Source: Flavobacteriales bacterium
Lineage (GTDB): Bacteria; Bacteroidota; Bacteroidia; Flavobacteriales_F; PHOS-HE28
Length of the DNA stretch: 64,000 nucleotides
NCBI GenBank assembly: GCA_016699575.1
Contig: CP064979.1
Coordinates: 2,707,982-2,771,981 of the forward strand
Reading direction: 5' to 3'
A program made the position numbers and the translations under genes. Below, one piece after another: positions 28,907-37,159 of this stretch; the stretch's first letter is position 1; each line of letters starts with the position of its first letter. The notes beneath the pieces were generated by a model, which did no database searches, was not told where the DNA came from, and saw only the letters and a program-made list of their open reading frames with translations.

Positions 28907-29488
28907 ATGCAGTTGAACAAGGATTTCTGGGAGAAGCGTTACGCGGATCACGAAACCGGTTGGGACATCGGCCATGCGTCGCCACCGTTGCGCGAGTTCA
29001 TCGATGGTTTGCATTACAAGCATCTGCGAATCCTGATCCCCGGCGCTGGCAATGCCTACGAAGCCGAGCATGCGCACCGATCGGGCTTCACCAACGTCAC
29101 GGTCATCGACCTCGCTGCGGAACCGCTGCGGGCGCTCAAGCAGCGTTGCCCGGACTTTCCCGATGGGCACTTGGTCCAAGGCGACTTCTTCGAGCACGTT
29201 GCCGAGTACGACGTGATCCTGGAGCAGACCTTCTTCTGTGCATTGGACCCCTCGCTCCGTTCTCGCTACGTGGATCAAATGCATCGTTTGCTTGTTCCGA
29301 GCGGTCGTCTGGCCGGCGTGCTGTTCAACGATGCGCTCAACACCGACAAACCACCGTTCGGCGGTTTCGTGCCGGAGTACGCGAAGCTGTTCAGGCCCTT
29401 GTTCCCCGGAGCCACCTTCAAGCCTTGCCACAACTCCATCGGGCCGCGGGCAGGAAGAGAGGTGTGGCTGAAGGCGGTGAAGGTCTGA
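28907..29488 (+). CDS. SAM-dependent methyltransferase, thiopurine S-methyltransferase (TPMT/Tpm) family
   Basis: MQLNKDFWEKRYADHETGWDIGHASPPLREF.... It contains the Rossmann motif I block ILIPGAGNAYE and a conserved acidic block VILEQTFFCALDP. The start is moved to the Met at 28907; the upstream part of track ORF 28457..29488 is GC-shadow. Confidence 0.7.
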   Translation: MQLNKDFWEKRYADHETGWDIGHASPPLREFIDGLHYKHLRILIPGAGNAYEAEHAHRSGFTNVTVIDLAAEPLRALKQRCPDFPDGHLVQGDFFEHVAEYDVILEQTFFCALDPSLRSRYVDQMHRLLVPSGRLAGVLFNDALNTDKPPFGGFVPEYAKLFRPLFPGATFKPCHNSIGPRAGREVWLKAVKV

Positions 29489-29494
29489 GGCCGA

Positions 29495-30244
29495 TCAGAG
29501 CTGCGCGTTCAGCAGCTTGCCGCTGGCGATAAGCTTGTGCAGGTAGGGCTGCGTGAGCGCGTGCTGGATGCCTTCCACATGCGCCATGCTGTGGCAATCG
29601 CTGCCCAAGAGTTCATACCAACCGCGATCGATGAGCTGCTCGGCAGTGCGCTTGGCACCGGGGCCGTATGCACCCGCCAGCGCGATCGTGTTCAGTTGGA
29701 AGAGCACGCCACGGTCCTTCAGCTTTTCCATGCTGCTGAAGTCGGAATGCCAGAACTGGTAGCGTTCCGGATGCGCGAGGACGGGGCGATAGCCCATCGT
29801 CTGCATCTCGAACACCAGCCCAAGGAGCACGACGGGTTCACTGATGAACGGCAGTTCGAAGAGCACGCAGTTGTCGCCGAAGGTCAGCACGCGTTTCTCC
29901 TTCACCAGCCGCTCCAGGTCGTGATCGAGGTAGTATTCCGCCGCCGCGTCCACTTCCATGTCGATGCCTTGGCGGCGCACTTCAGCGCGCACCTTCTCCA
30001 AACCACCGAGTATGATCTCCGGTGTGTTCCTGTAGCCATCGGCCATCACATGCGGTGTGGTCACCACTTTCTTGTAGCCGAGGCCCTGCATCGCTTTGAT
30101 CAGTTCGATGCTCGCCTCCAGCGTGGGTGCGCCATCGTCGATGCCCGGGATGAAGTGGCTGTGCACATCGCACTTCAGCACGCTCAGGTCCGCCGGGCCC
30201 AGGTCGGGTTGGCGTTCACCGAACAGTTTGGAAAAGAAGCCCAT
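29495..30244 (-). CDS. capsular polysaccharide biosynthesis tyrosine-protein phosphatase, PHP family (CpsB/YwqE-like)
   Basis: N-terminal DVHSHFIPGIDDGA plus additional His-rich metal-binding motifs (TPHVMADGY, LAHPERY, GSDCHS) characteristic of CpsB. Confidence 0.85.
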   Translation of the reverse strand: MGFFSKLFGERQPDLGPADLSVLKCDVHSHFIPGIDDGAPTLEASIELIKAMQGLGYKKVVTTPHVMADGYRNTPEIILGGLEKVRAEVRRQGIDMEVDAAAEYYLDHDLERLVKEKRVLTFGDNCVLFELPFISEPVVLLGLVFEMQTMGYRPVLAHPERYQFWHSDFSSMEKLKDRGVLFQLNTIALAGAYGPGAKRTAEQLIDRGWYELLGSDCHSMAHVEGIQHALTQPYLHKLIASGKLLNAQL

Positions 30245-30322
30245 GATTTCTACCGCAAAGAACGCAAAGGGCGCAAAGAGGGACCTGCTCGGTTTTATTC
30301 CTTGGCGCTCTTTGCGTCTTGT
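30243..30322. repeat. intergenic palindromic hairpin, family B copy 2 (CGCAAAGAACGCAAAGGGCGCAAAGAG ... GCGCTCTTTGCGTCTT)
   Basis: Shares the GCAAAGACGCAAAGAGCGC core with 20482-20562. Lies between the CpsB start and the rfbB stop. Confidence 0.55.
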
Positions 30323-30331
30323 CGGTGAACG

Positions 30332-31438
30332 TCAGCGCTCAGCGTAGTGGTCAGCGTAGTACTGCTGGTAGGCCCCGGAAGTCACATGGTCCAACCATTC
30401 CGTGTTCGCCAGGTACCAATCCACCGTCCGCTCCAGGCCCACCTCGAAGGTGATGCTCGGTTTCCAGCCCAGCTCGCGTTCGATCTTGCTGGCATCGATG
30501 GCGTAACGCAGGTCATGCCCCGCGCGGTCGGTGACGTAGGTGATGAGCTTGGCGCTCTCGCCCTCCGCCCGGCCGAGCTTCTTGTCCATGATGCGGCAGA
30601 GCAGGTGCACCAGGTCGATGTTCTTCCACTCGTTGTGCCCGCCGATGTTGTAGGTCTCACCCGTTACGCCTTTGTGGAAGATCGTGTCGATGGCGGATGC
30701 ATGGTCCTCCACCCACAACCAGTCGCGCACGTTCTCACCCTTGCCGTACACCGGCAGCGGCTTGCTGTTGCGGATGTTGTTGATCATGAGCGGGATCAAC
30801 TTCTCCGGAAAGTGGTGACTGCCGTAATTGTTGCTGCAATTGCTCAGCACGAAGGGCAGCTTGTAGGTGTTGCCGTAAGCCCGCACGAAATGGTCGCTGG
30901 CGGCCTTGCTAGCGCTGTACGGGCTCTGCGGGTCGTAGGGCGTCTCCTCCGTGAAGAAGCCGCCATCGTGCAACGATCCGTACACCTCGTCGGTGCTGAC
31001 ATGATAGAAGCGGTGCTGGACCCCACTTGGGCTCGTATGGACCCCACCCCGACCCTCCCCGGTGGGGAGGGAGGAATGCCAGGCTTCCTTGGTAGCATTC
31101 AGCAGGTTGACCGTGCCGATGACGTTCGTGTTGACGAAGGCCATCGGATCGCTGATGCTCCGGTCAACGTGGCTCTCGGCCGCGAGGTGGATCACCCCAT
31201 CGGGCTTGTGCTCGTCGAAGACCTTGCGCAGCGCTTGCGCGTCGCGGATATCGCATTTCACGAAGGTGTAGTTCGGTGCGTCCTCGATGTCGCGCAGGTT
31301 CTCCAGGTTGCCCGCGTAGGTGAGGGCATCGAGGTTGATGATGCGGTATTGCGGGTAGTTGCGCACGAAACGGCGCACCACGTGGCTGCCGATGAAGCCG
31401 GCGCCGCCGGTGATGAGGATGGTGCAGGAGGAGTTCAT
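30332..31438 (-). CDS. rfbB: dTDP-glucose 4,6-dehydratase
   Basis: ILITGGAGFIGSHVVRR (NAD-binding GxxGxxG), YAGNLENL, and the catalytic YSASKAASDHFVRAYGNTY (YxxxK). Start approximated at the internal Met (MNSSCTILITGG); the track ORF begins with an alternative start codon. Confidence 0.9.
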   Translation of the reverse strand: MNSSCTILITGGAGFIGSHVVRRFVRNYPQYRIINLDALTYAGNLENLRDIEDAPNYTFVKCDIRDAQALRKVFDEHKPDGVIHLAAESHVDRSISDPMAFVNTNVIGTVNLLNATKEAWHSSLPTGEGRGGVHTSPSGVQHRFYHVSTDEVYGSLHDGGFFTEETPYDPQSPYSASKAASDHFVRAYGNTYKLPFVLSNCSNNYGSHHFPEKLIPLMINNIRNSKPLPVYGKGENVRDWLWVEDHASAIDTIFHKGVTGETYNIGGHNEWKNIDLVHLLCRIMDKKLGRAEGESAKLITYVTDRAGHDLRYAIDASKIERELGWKPSITFEVGLERTVDWYLANTEWLDHVTSGAYQQYYADHYAER

Positions 31439-31440
31439 AG

Positions 31441-31571
31441 GGAAGACCACAGAGGCACAGGGACACAGAGTTCGCCGAGAAACGGAAGAGACCGACCTGC
31501 ACAATAGCCACGGAGCAGCAAGGCAACGCGAACTCCGTGTGCTCTGTGGCTCCCTGCCTCTGTGGTCTTCA
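31441..31571. repeat. intergenic palindromic repeat, family C copy 1 (GAAGACCACAGAGGCACAGGGACACAGAG ... CTCTGTGGCTCCCTGCCTCTGTGGTCTTC)
   Basis: ~29-bp inverted arms flanking ~70 nt. Between the rfbB start and the dehydrogenase stop. Confidence 0.7.
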
Positions 31572-31574
31572 TCC

Positions 31575-32873
31575 TCACAGGCTCCAGTAGTTCACGCTCT
31601 TCACCTTCTTCCTGAAGATCCCCTTCAGGTCCACGAGCACGCCTTTCGGAGTGAGCATGCCCTTGAACCAGGCTTCGTCCTTGCTGGCGTACTCGGTGTG
31701 GTTCACGGCGACGATGATCGCGTCGTAAGGGCCTTTCATCTCCTTCACCAGCGAGTAACCGTATTCGTGCTGCACCTCGGCACTGTCAGCGTGCGGATCG
31801 GCAACGTCCACGGTGCAGCTGAAGCTCTTCAGCTCGCGCACCACATCGGCCACCTTGCTGTTGCGGATGTCCGTTACGTTCTCCTTGAAGGTGGCGCCCA
31901 TCACCAGCACACGGCTGTTGGCGGGGTTGGCGCCGCTCGCGATCATCTTCTTCACGGTCTGCTTGGCCACGTAGCCGCCCATGCTGTCGTTCACGTAACG
32001 GCCGCTGTCGATGATCTGCGCGTGGTAGCCGAGTTCCTTCGCTTTGTACACGAGGTAGTACGGGTCCACACCAATGCAGTGCCCGCCGACCAGTCCCGGT
32101 TGGAACTTGAGGAAGTTCCACTTGGTGCCGGCCGCTTCGAGCACGTCGTAGGTGTTGATGCCCATGCGGTTGAAGATGATCGAGAGCTCGTTGGTGAGCG
32201 CGATGTTCACGTCGCGCTGCGTGTTCTCGATGATCTTGGCGGCCTCGGCCACCTTGATGCTGCTGGCGCGGTGCACGCCGGCCTTCACCACCAGCTCGTA
32301 GGTCTTGGCGATGATCTCCGCGCTCTCCGGGTCGCAGCCGCTGCTCACCTTCACGATGCTGCTCAACGTGTGCTCCTTGTCGCCGGGGTTGATCCGCTCG
32401 GGCGAGTAACCCACCTTGAAATCGGTGATGTACTTCAGGCCGCTGAGTTGTTCGAGCAATGGCACGCAATCCTCTTCGGTGCAGCCGGGGTACACCGTGC
32501 TCTCGTACACTACGAAGTCGCCCTTCTTCAGCACTTTGCCCACGGTGTTGGAGGCGCCGAGCAGTGGCTTCAGGTCGGGGATGTTCTGGTCGTCGATGGG
32601 CGTGGGCACGGCCACGATGAAGAACTCGACGTCCTTAAGGTCGTTGAGGTCGGCGGTGAAGTGGATGTCGGCCCCTTTGAAGGCTTCGGCGGACAGCTCG
32701 TTGCTGGGGTCCTCGCCGTTGCGCATCATGTCCACGCGCTTCTGGTTGATGTCGAAGCCCACCACCTTGATGCGGCGCGCGAACTCCAATGCGATGGGCA
32801 GACCCACATAACCAAGGCCGATCACGGCCAGCTTGGCTTCCTTCTTGACAAGTCGATCGTAGAGAGAGGTCAT
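31575..32873 (-). CDS. nucleotide-sugar dehydrogenase (UDP-GlcNAc/ManNAc 6-dehydrogenase, WbpA/WecC-like)
   Basis: KLAVIGLGYVGLPIALEFA (Rossmann), catalytic GGHCIGVDPYYL, C-terminal UDP-binding domain. Start set at MTSLYDRL. Confidence 0.9.
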   Translation of the reverse strand: MTSLYDRLVKKEAKLAVIGLGYVGLPIALEFARRIKVVGFDINQKRVDMMRNGEDPSNELSAEAFKGADIHFTADLNDLKDVEFFIVAVPTPIDDQNIPDLKPLLGASNTVGKVLKKGDFVVYESTVYPGCTEEDCVPLLEQLSGLKYITDFKVGYSPERINPGDKEHTLSSIVKVSSGCDPESAEIIAKTYELVVKAGVHRASSIKVAEAAKIIENTQRDVNIALTNELSIIFNRMGINTYDVLEAAGTKWNFLKFQPGLVGGHCIGVDPYYLVYKAKELGYHAQIIDSGRYVNDSMGGYVAKQTVKKMIASGANPANSRVLVMGATFKENVTDIRNSKVADVVRELKSFSCTVDVADPHADSAEVQHEYGYSLVKEMKGPYDAIIVAVNHTEYASKDEAWFKGMLTPKGVLVDLKGIFRKKVKSVNYWSL

Positions 32874-32879
32874 TTCGAG

Positions 32880-32995
32880 TTCAATGTGCTTGAGTGAAGA
32901 AGACCACGGAGGCACAGGGTCACAGAGCGCACAGGAGTGATGTTCAGTTCGTTCTTTCTCATCTCAGGGTTCTCCGTGTCTCTGTGGTCTTCTTA
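32880..32995. repeat. intergenic palindromic repeat, family C copy 2
   Basis: gaagaccacggaggcacagggtcacagag ... ctccgtgtctctgtggtcttc. Between the dehydrogenase start and the oxidoreductase stop. Confidence 0.7.
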
Positions 32996-34003
32996 CTTCA
33001 GTTTGTAGATGCGTTCGATGATCTCCACCACCTTCAGTCCTTCCAGGGCGTTGGTGGTGAGCGTGGTTCGGCCTTTCAGCGTGTCCACCACGTTCTGGAT
33101 GATGTAGCTGTGGTTGTTCGCACTTCCCTTGTAAGCGCCATAGTCGTTGGCCGGGTTGGTGGGTGCGAGCTCGGGCATCGTGTAGTCCTTGATGTGGCAG
33201 TGCTCCACCTGGTCCATGTACTGCCCGCCGATCTTCACGCTGCCCTTGCTGCCGATGACGGTGAGGCTGCTCTCGAGGTTCTTGTCCCACACCGCGGTGC
33301 TGTAGTTGATGCACCCCATGCCGCCGTTCACGAAGTTGAATTGCACCAGGCCGCTGTCCTCGAAGTCGGTGAGGTCCTTGTGGTTGAAGTCGGCGAACTT
33401 GGCTTGGATGTCGGTGATGTCGCCGAACAGCCAGTACATGATGTCGATGAAGTGGCTGAACTGCGTGAAGAGCGTTCCGCCGTCGAGGTCCTTGGAGCCT
33501 TTCCACCCGCCCTTCTTGTAGTAGCGTTCGTCGCGGTTCCAATAGCAGTTCACCTGCACCATGAAGATCTCGCCGAGGTGCTTCCCGTCGATGACGCTCT
33601 TGATCCAGGCGCTGGGTGGCGAGTAGCGGTTCTGCATCACACCGAAGACCGTCAGGTGCATCTGCAGCGCTTTGTACAGCACTTCCTCGCACTCCTGCTT
33701 GCTCAGGCCCATGGGCTTTTCGCACACCACATGCTTGCCCGCACCTAGCGCTTTCAAGCTTTGTTGCGCATGCAGACCGTTGGGCGTGCACACGTTCACC
33801 ACCTCGATGCCCGGCACTTCGCGCAGCATCGTGTCCAAGTCGTTGAACACCGGCACGCCGAAGTCCTGCACGCCGGCTTCCGCTGCGGTACGCACATCGC
33901 ACAACGCGACCAGTTCCGCCTCGGCATGGCGCTTCACCATCTCCGCATGGCGCTTGCCGATGTGGCCGCAACCGACCACGGCGAATTTGATCCGGTCGCT
34001 CAT
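32993..34003 (-). CDS. Gfo/Idh/MocA-family NAD-dependent oxidoreductase (WbpB-like UDP-sugar 3-dehydrogenase candidate)
   Basis: IKFAVVGCGHIGKRHAEM Rossmann N-terminus, EKPMGLS motif, GFO_IDH_MocA C-terminal domain. Location in a Wbp-type cluster. Confidence 0.85.
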   Translation of the reverse strand: MSDRIKFAVVGCGHIGKRHAEMVKRHAEAELVALCDVRTAAEAGVQDFGVPVFNDLDTMLREVPGIEVVNVCTPNGLHAQQSLKALGAGKHVVCEKPMGLSKQECEEVLYKALQMHLTVFGVMQNRYSPPSAWIKSVIDGKHLGEIFMVQVNCYWNRDERYYKKGGWKGSKDLDGGTLFTQFSHFIDIMYWLFGDITDIQAKFADFNHKDLTDFEDSGLVQFNFVNGGMGCINYSTAVWDKNLESSLTVIGSKGSVKIGGQYMDQVEHCHIKDYTMPELAPTNPANDYGAYKGSANNHSYIIQNVVDTLKGRTTLTTNALEGLKVVEIIERIYKLK

Positions 34004-34017
34004 GAGGCAGATGAAAT

Positions 34018-34128
34018 AGAACCGCAGATGAAAGTCATGATGAAGATGATGTGCGCGTTGATGTTGCCCCGCACTGCCGCCTTTATCATCTTCATCATCT
34101 TCATCAAGGGTCGTATCTGTGGTTTCTT
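34018..34128. repeat. long imperfect palindrome (TGATGAAGATGATG / CATCATCTTCATCA core, outer GAACCGCAGAT / ATCTGTGGTTTC) between the oxidoreductase and acetyltransferase genes
   Basis: Reverse-complementary arms read directly from the sequence; single copy in the window. Confidence 0.55.
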
Positions 34129-34131
34129 CCC

Positions 34132-34719
34132 TTAGTGGATCCTCGTTACTCGTCCGCCCTCCAGCTTGTACCGCTGCCCGCTCTCCGGACAGATCGCTTC
34201 GCCGTTGCCATCGAACTTAAGCTTGTGGCCGAACTCGCTCATCCAGCCGGTTTGGCGCGCCGGGTTACCGACCACTAACGCGTAGTCCGGCACTTCCTTG
34301 GTCACCACGGCACCGGCACCGATGAAGGCGAAGCGCCCGATGTCGTGCCCGCAAACGATGGTGGCGTTAGCGCCGATGCTGGCACCCTGCTTCACCAAGG
34401 TCTTCAAGTAGGCGCTGCGGCGGTTCACGGCGCTGCGCGGGTTGATGACGTTGGTGAACACCATGCTCGGACCGAGGAACACGTCGTCCTCGCACTCCAC
34501 GCCGGTGTAGATGCTCACGTTGTTCTGCACCTTCACGTTGCGGCCCAGTTTCACGTCAGGGCTCACCACCACGTTCTGGCCGATGTTGCAGTTCTCGCCG
34601 ATCGTGCAGTTGGGCATGATGTGGCTGAAGTGCCAGATGCGCGTCCCTGCCCCGATGGTGCAGCCTTCGTCGATGACGGCGGTGGGATGTGCGGTGAATG
34701 TCATGTGACCTGTGGCCAT
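34132..34719 (-). CDS. hexapeptide-repeat N-acetyltransferase (WbpD/WlbB-like UDP-2-acetamido-3-amino-2,3-dideoxy-glucuronate N-acetyltransferase candidate)
   Basis: 195 aa left-handed beta-helix with [LIV]-G-x-x-x-x repeats throughout ([38 protein letters not shown]), in cluster with WbpA/WbpB-like genes. Confidence 0.8.
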   Translation of the reverse strand: MATGHMTFTAHPTAVIDEGCTIGAGTRIWHFSHIMPNCTIGENCNIGQNVVVSPDVKLGRNVKVQNNVSIYTGVECEDDVFLGPSMVFTNVINPRSAVNRRSAYLKTLVKQGASIGANATIVCGHDIGRFAFIGAGAVVTKEVPDYALVVGNPARQTGWMSEFGHKLKFDGNGEAICPESGQRYKLEGGRVTRIH

Positions 34720-34797
34720 GGGGTCACGGGCCCATGGCTGGCGGAAGGGCCGCGAATGTACCGATCGGGTTGGGTCTCGGAACTAGTTTTGAGCGGG

Positions 34798-35274
34798 ATG
34801 AAAGCCAGGTCAACTGTCCTGTCGGTCTTGGTCTTGGTTGGTCTGACCGGCGCTGGTTTGAGGCCGATAGTTCCTGTGGACAACCATTCAACCAAGAGCG
34901 GTCTTCCAAGGGACCTGGCCGGAACTCGATGGGCGGCGAGCTATTACTACTACCACGAAGACTGGGACTTCGTTTCCCGCGACAGTGTCGATGTGTGTTC
35001 CGGCCAAAGGGGCTGGAGCATGCCCGTGGATCCATCGCTCATCGATCAGGACAACCTGTATTTGGGATGCGAACGGAAAGCGTACCGGTTGGTTGATTCG
35101 CTGTTGATCCTTCATCGTTGGGTGAGCAGCGCAGAACCGGATACGTTCACTTGGCGTGACGGTGCCTTCCGTTCGAACTGGATGTTCACCTACGGCCATG
35201 TTGTGCTTCAGCCGTGGCCGATCGCGGACTGCTCAAAGCACGATCCGCTGGAGAAGCTGAAAGCCGTGCGATAA
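34798..35274 (+). CDS. secreted hypothetical protein (158 aa)
   Basis: ATG at 34798 starts MKARSTVLSVLVLVGLTGAGL (signal peptide). The upstream part of track ORF 34345..35274 is antisense to the acetyltransferase and was discarded. Confidence 0.5.
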   Translation: MKARSTVLSVLVLVGLTGAGLRPIVPVDNHSTKSGLPRDLAGTRWAASYYYYHEDWDFVSRDSVDVCSGQRGWSMPVDPSLIDQDNLYLGCERKAYRLVDSLLILHRWVSSAEPDTFTWRDGAFRSNWMFTYGHVVLQPWPIADCSKHDPLEKLKAVR

Positions 35275-35277
35275 GGG

Positions 35278-36159
35278 TCACACAGGCGGCCCCGTCCTCA
35301 CATCCAGTCCCCAGGTTAGCTTGGTGCGCAACGTTTGCAGGAAATCGCTGTCGGGCAAGCGGACGAGGCGGGCCGTATGCGGGGCGGTGCTGATGGCGAT
35401 GGGCGCATGGCCGGTGCAGGGCACGCTGCGGCTGTCCATGTTCACCAGGTATTTGTCCTCGCGTGCGTCCACGATCAGTGTGATGCGGCTGCGGTCCGGA
35501 AGCACGTAGGGGCGCACGTTCAGGTTGTGCGGCGCGATGGGCGTAATAACGATGCTGTCGCAGCTGGGGTCGAGCACCGGCCCGCCGCAACTGAGGCTGT
35601 AGGCGGTGCTGCCGGTGGGCGTGGCCACGATGAGCCCATCGGCCCAGTAGGTGTTCAGGTAGCGGCCGTCCACGTAGGCGTGCACGGTGAGCATGGTGCT
35701 GCTGTCGCGCTTGTGCACGCTCACCTCGTTGAGCGCCACGGTGTTGGTGCCCAAGGGATGGTCGCCGTCCACGCGCAGTTGGGTGCGTTCCTCCAGGGTG
35801 TAACGGCGCCGGGCCAGTGCATCCAATGCCGGGTCCACAGCATCCAGCGGAATGCTGCTGAGGAAGCCCAGCCGACCGAGATTGATGCCCAGCACGGGAA
35901 TGCCGCTGGTGCCGCTCAGGGCCACGCTGTCCAGGAAGGTGCCGTCGCCCCCGAGACTGATAAGCACTTCGGCCTTGGGCGGCAGGGTGTCGGCCGCCGT
36001 GTGCATTACCTCGCCAATGGTGCCGCTGGCTTGCAACCACTTGCTCAGATCGGGTTGCAGCACGGGCTGCAGTCCTGCCTTGCGCATGCGGCCCAACAGA
36101 TCAGCCACCACGGGCGCAGTGGCAGGCGACATCTCACGGCCGTTGATGGCGACGATCAT
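35278..36159 (-). CDS. nadK: NAD+ kinase
   Basis: GGDGT motif (ISLGGDGTFLDS), NE/D short motif, DGLIVATPTGSTAYSLSCGGPVL C-terminal domain. Start set at MIVAINGRE. Confidence 0.9.
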   Translation of the reverse strand: MIVAINGREMSPATAPVVADLLGRMRKAGLQPVLQPDLSKWLQASGTIGEVMHTAADTLPPKAEVLISLGGDGTFLDSVALSGTSGIPVLGINLGRLGFLSSIPLDAVDPALDALARRRYTLEERTQLRVDGDHPLGTNTVALNEVSVHKRDSSTMLTVHAYVDGRYLNTYWADGLIVATPTGSTAYSLSCGGPVLDPSCDSIVITPIAPHNLNVRPYVLPDRSRITLIVDAREDKYLVNMDSRSVPCTGHAPIAISTAPHTARLVRLPDSDFLQTLRTKLTWGLDVRTGPPV

Positions 36160-36269
36160 GCATTGGCCGCCGAAGCTTTGGGCGAAGGCGGCGTGCGAAG
36201 GTGGTGAAAGATCGAAGCCGCATCTTTGGCTTGAGCGGCGTCTAGCTAGAACCATCAACGATCACAGCC

Positions 36270-37145
36270 ATGAGAAACGTTACGCTCATTCTTGGCCTTG
36301 CCGCCGCCACCTTGGTGCAGGCCCAATCATGGTGTCCCCCAGGAGCAAGGTGGACCTTCAACACGAGCGACGTTGGGTTCGTGGAGTCTCAGACCTTCCT
36401 GACCTATGTTGGTGACACCGTGGTGGACGGCTTCCCATCCCAGCACATTGCACAGGTGAGCGCGATCACCCAGTTGTGGGGGAATGACACACTCATCGTC
36501 AACGACCAACTTCCCGTGTTCACGCGAGTGGACGGCGACGTGGTTTTCGATTGGGACTATTCCGATTGGGACACCCTGTTCTGGTTCGGTTCTGTTCCGG
36601 GCGACGAGTGGCAACCGCACTGGTCGTTCGGTTGGGAATGCCCCGACCGGGTCTTGCATGTCTTGGACACATCAACCATAGTCATTGATGGCTTGGCACT
36701 TCGCCATCTGGATGTCGAGGTCTATTGGAGCGGCGTGCCAACTGGTATCGTTTCGAGCATAACGGAGCGCATTGGCGGTGGTAGTTGGCAAGCGCCGCCG
36801 CCATGCGGAGCGGCGGAATGCACTTGCACCATGATCTGCTACCGGGACAATGACATATCCCATCCGATCGACTCATGCGAGTTCACGCTCGGGATCTATC
36901 CAGAAAGGCCAGCGATCGGGCAACTGACCGTCTTTGCCGAACGGGACGTGCTTTCGGTGCAAGTTCCCGATGAAATGGTCGGTGGGATCATGCATATCCG
37001 CGATGCCATCGGCCGGGAGGTGCTCAGCGCAAGGGTTGCGGCACCACGGACGGACTATCCAACGCAGGGCTTTGCAAGAGGCGCGTATTCCATACTGGTG
37101 GTGAACGGTGCCGTGCACAGAAGCGCGCGAGCGGTGTTGCCCTGA
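36270..37145 (+). CDS. secreted hypothetical protein with T9SS type-A C-terminal sorting domain
   Basis: Signal peptide MRNVTLILGLAAATLVQAQ; C-terminal Por_Secre_tail-like LTVFAERDVLSVQVPDEMVGGIMHIRDAIGREVLSARV....GAYSILVVNGAVHRS. Confidence 0.7.
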   Translation: MRNVTLILGLAAATLVQAQSWCPPGARWTFNTSDVGFVESQTFLTYVGDTVVDGFPSQHIAQVSAITQLWGNDTLIVNDQLPVFTRVDGDVVFDWDYSDWDTLFWFGSVPGDEWQPHWSFGWECPDRVLHVLDTSTIVIDGLALRHLDVEVYWSGVPTGIVSSITERIGGGSWQAPPPCGAAECTCTMICYRDNDISHPIDSCEFTLGIYPERPAIGQLTVFAERDVLSVQVPDEMVGGIMHIRDAIGREVLSARVAAPRTDYPTQGFARGAYSILVVNGAVHRSARAVLP

Positions 37146-37159
37146 GCGACCCGCGTTGC

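Noticed and set aside
34345-34797. 5' part of track ORF 34345..35274
   Set aside because: Antisense to the hexapeptide acetyltransferase. The real product starts at the signal-peptide Met at 34798.
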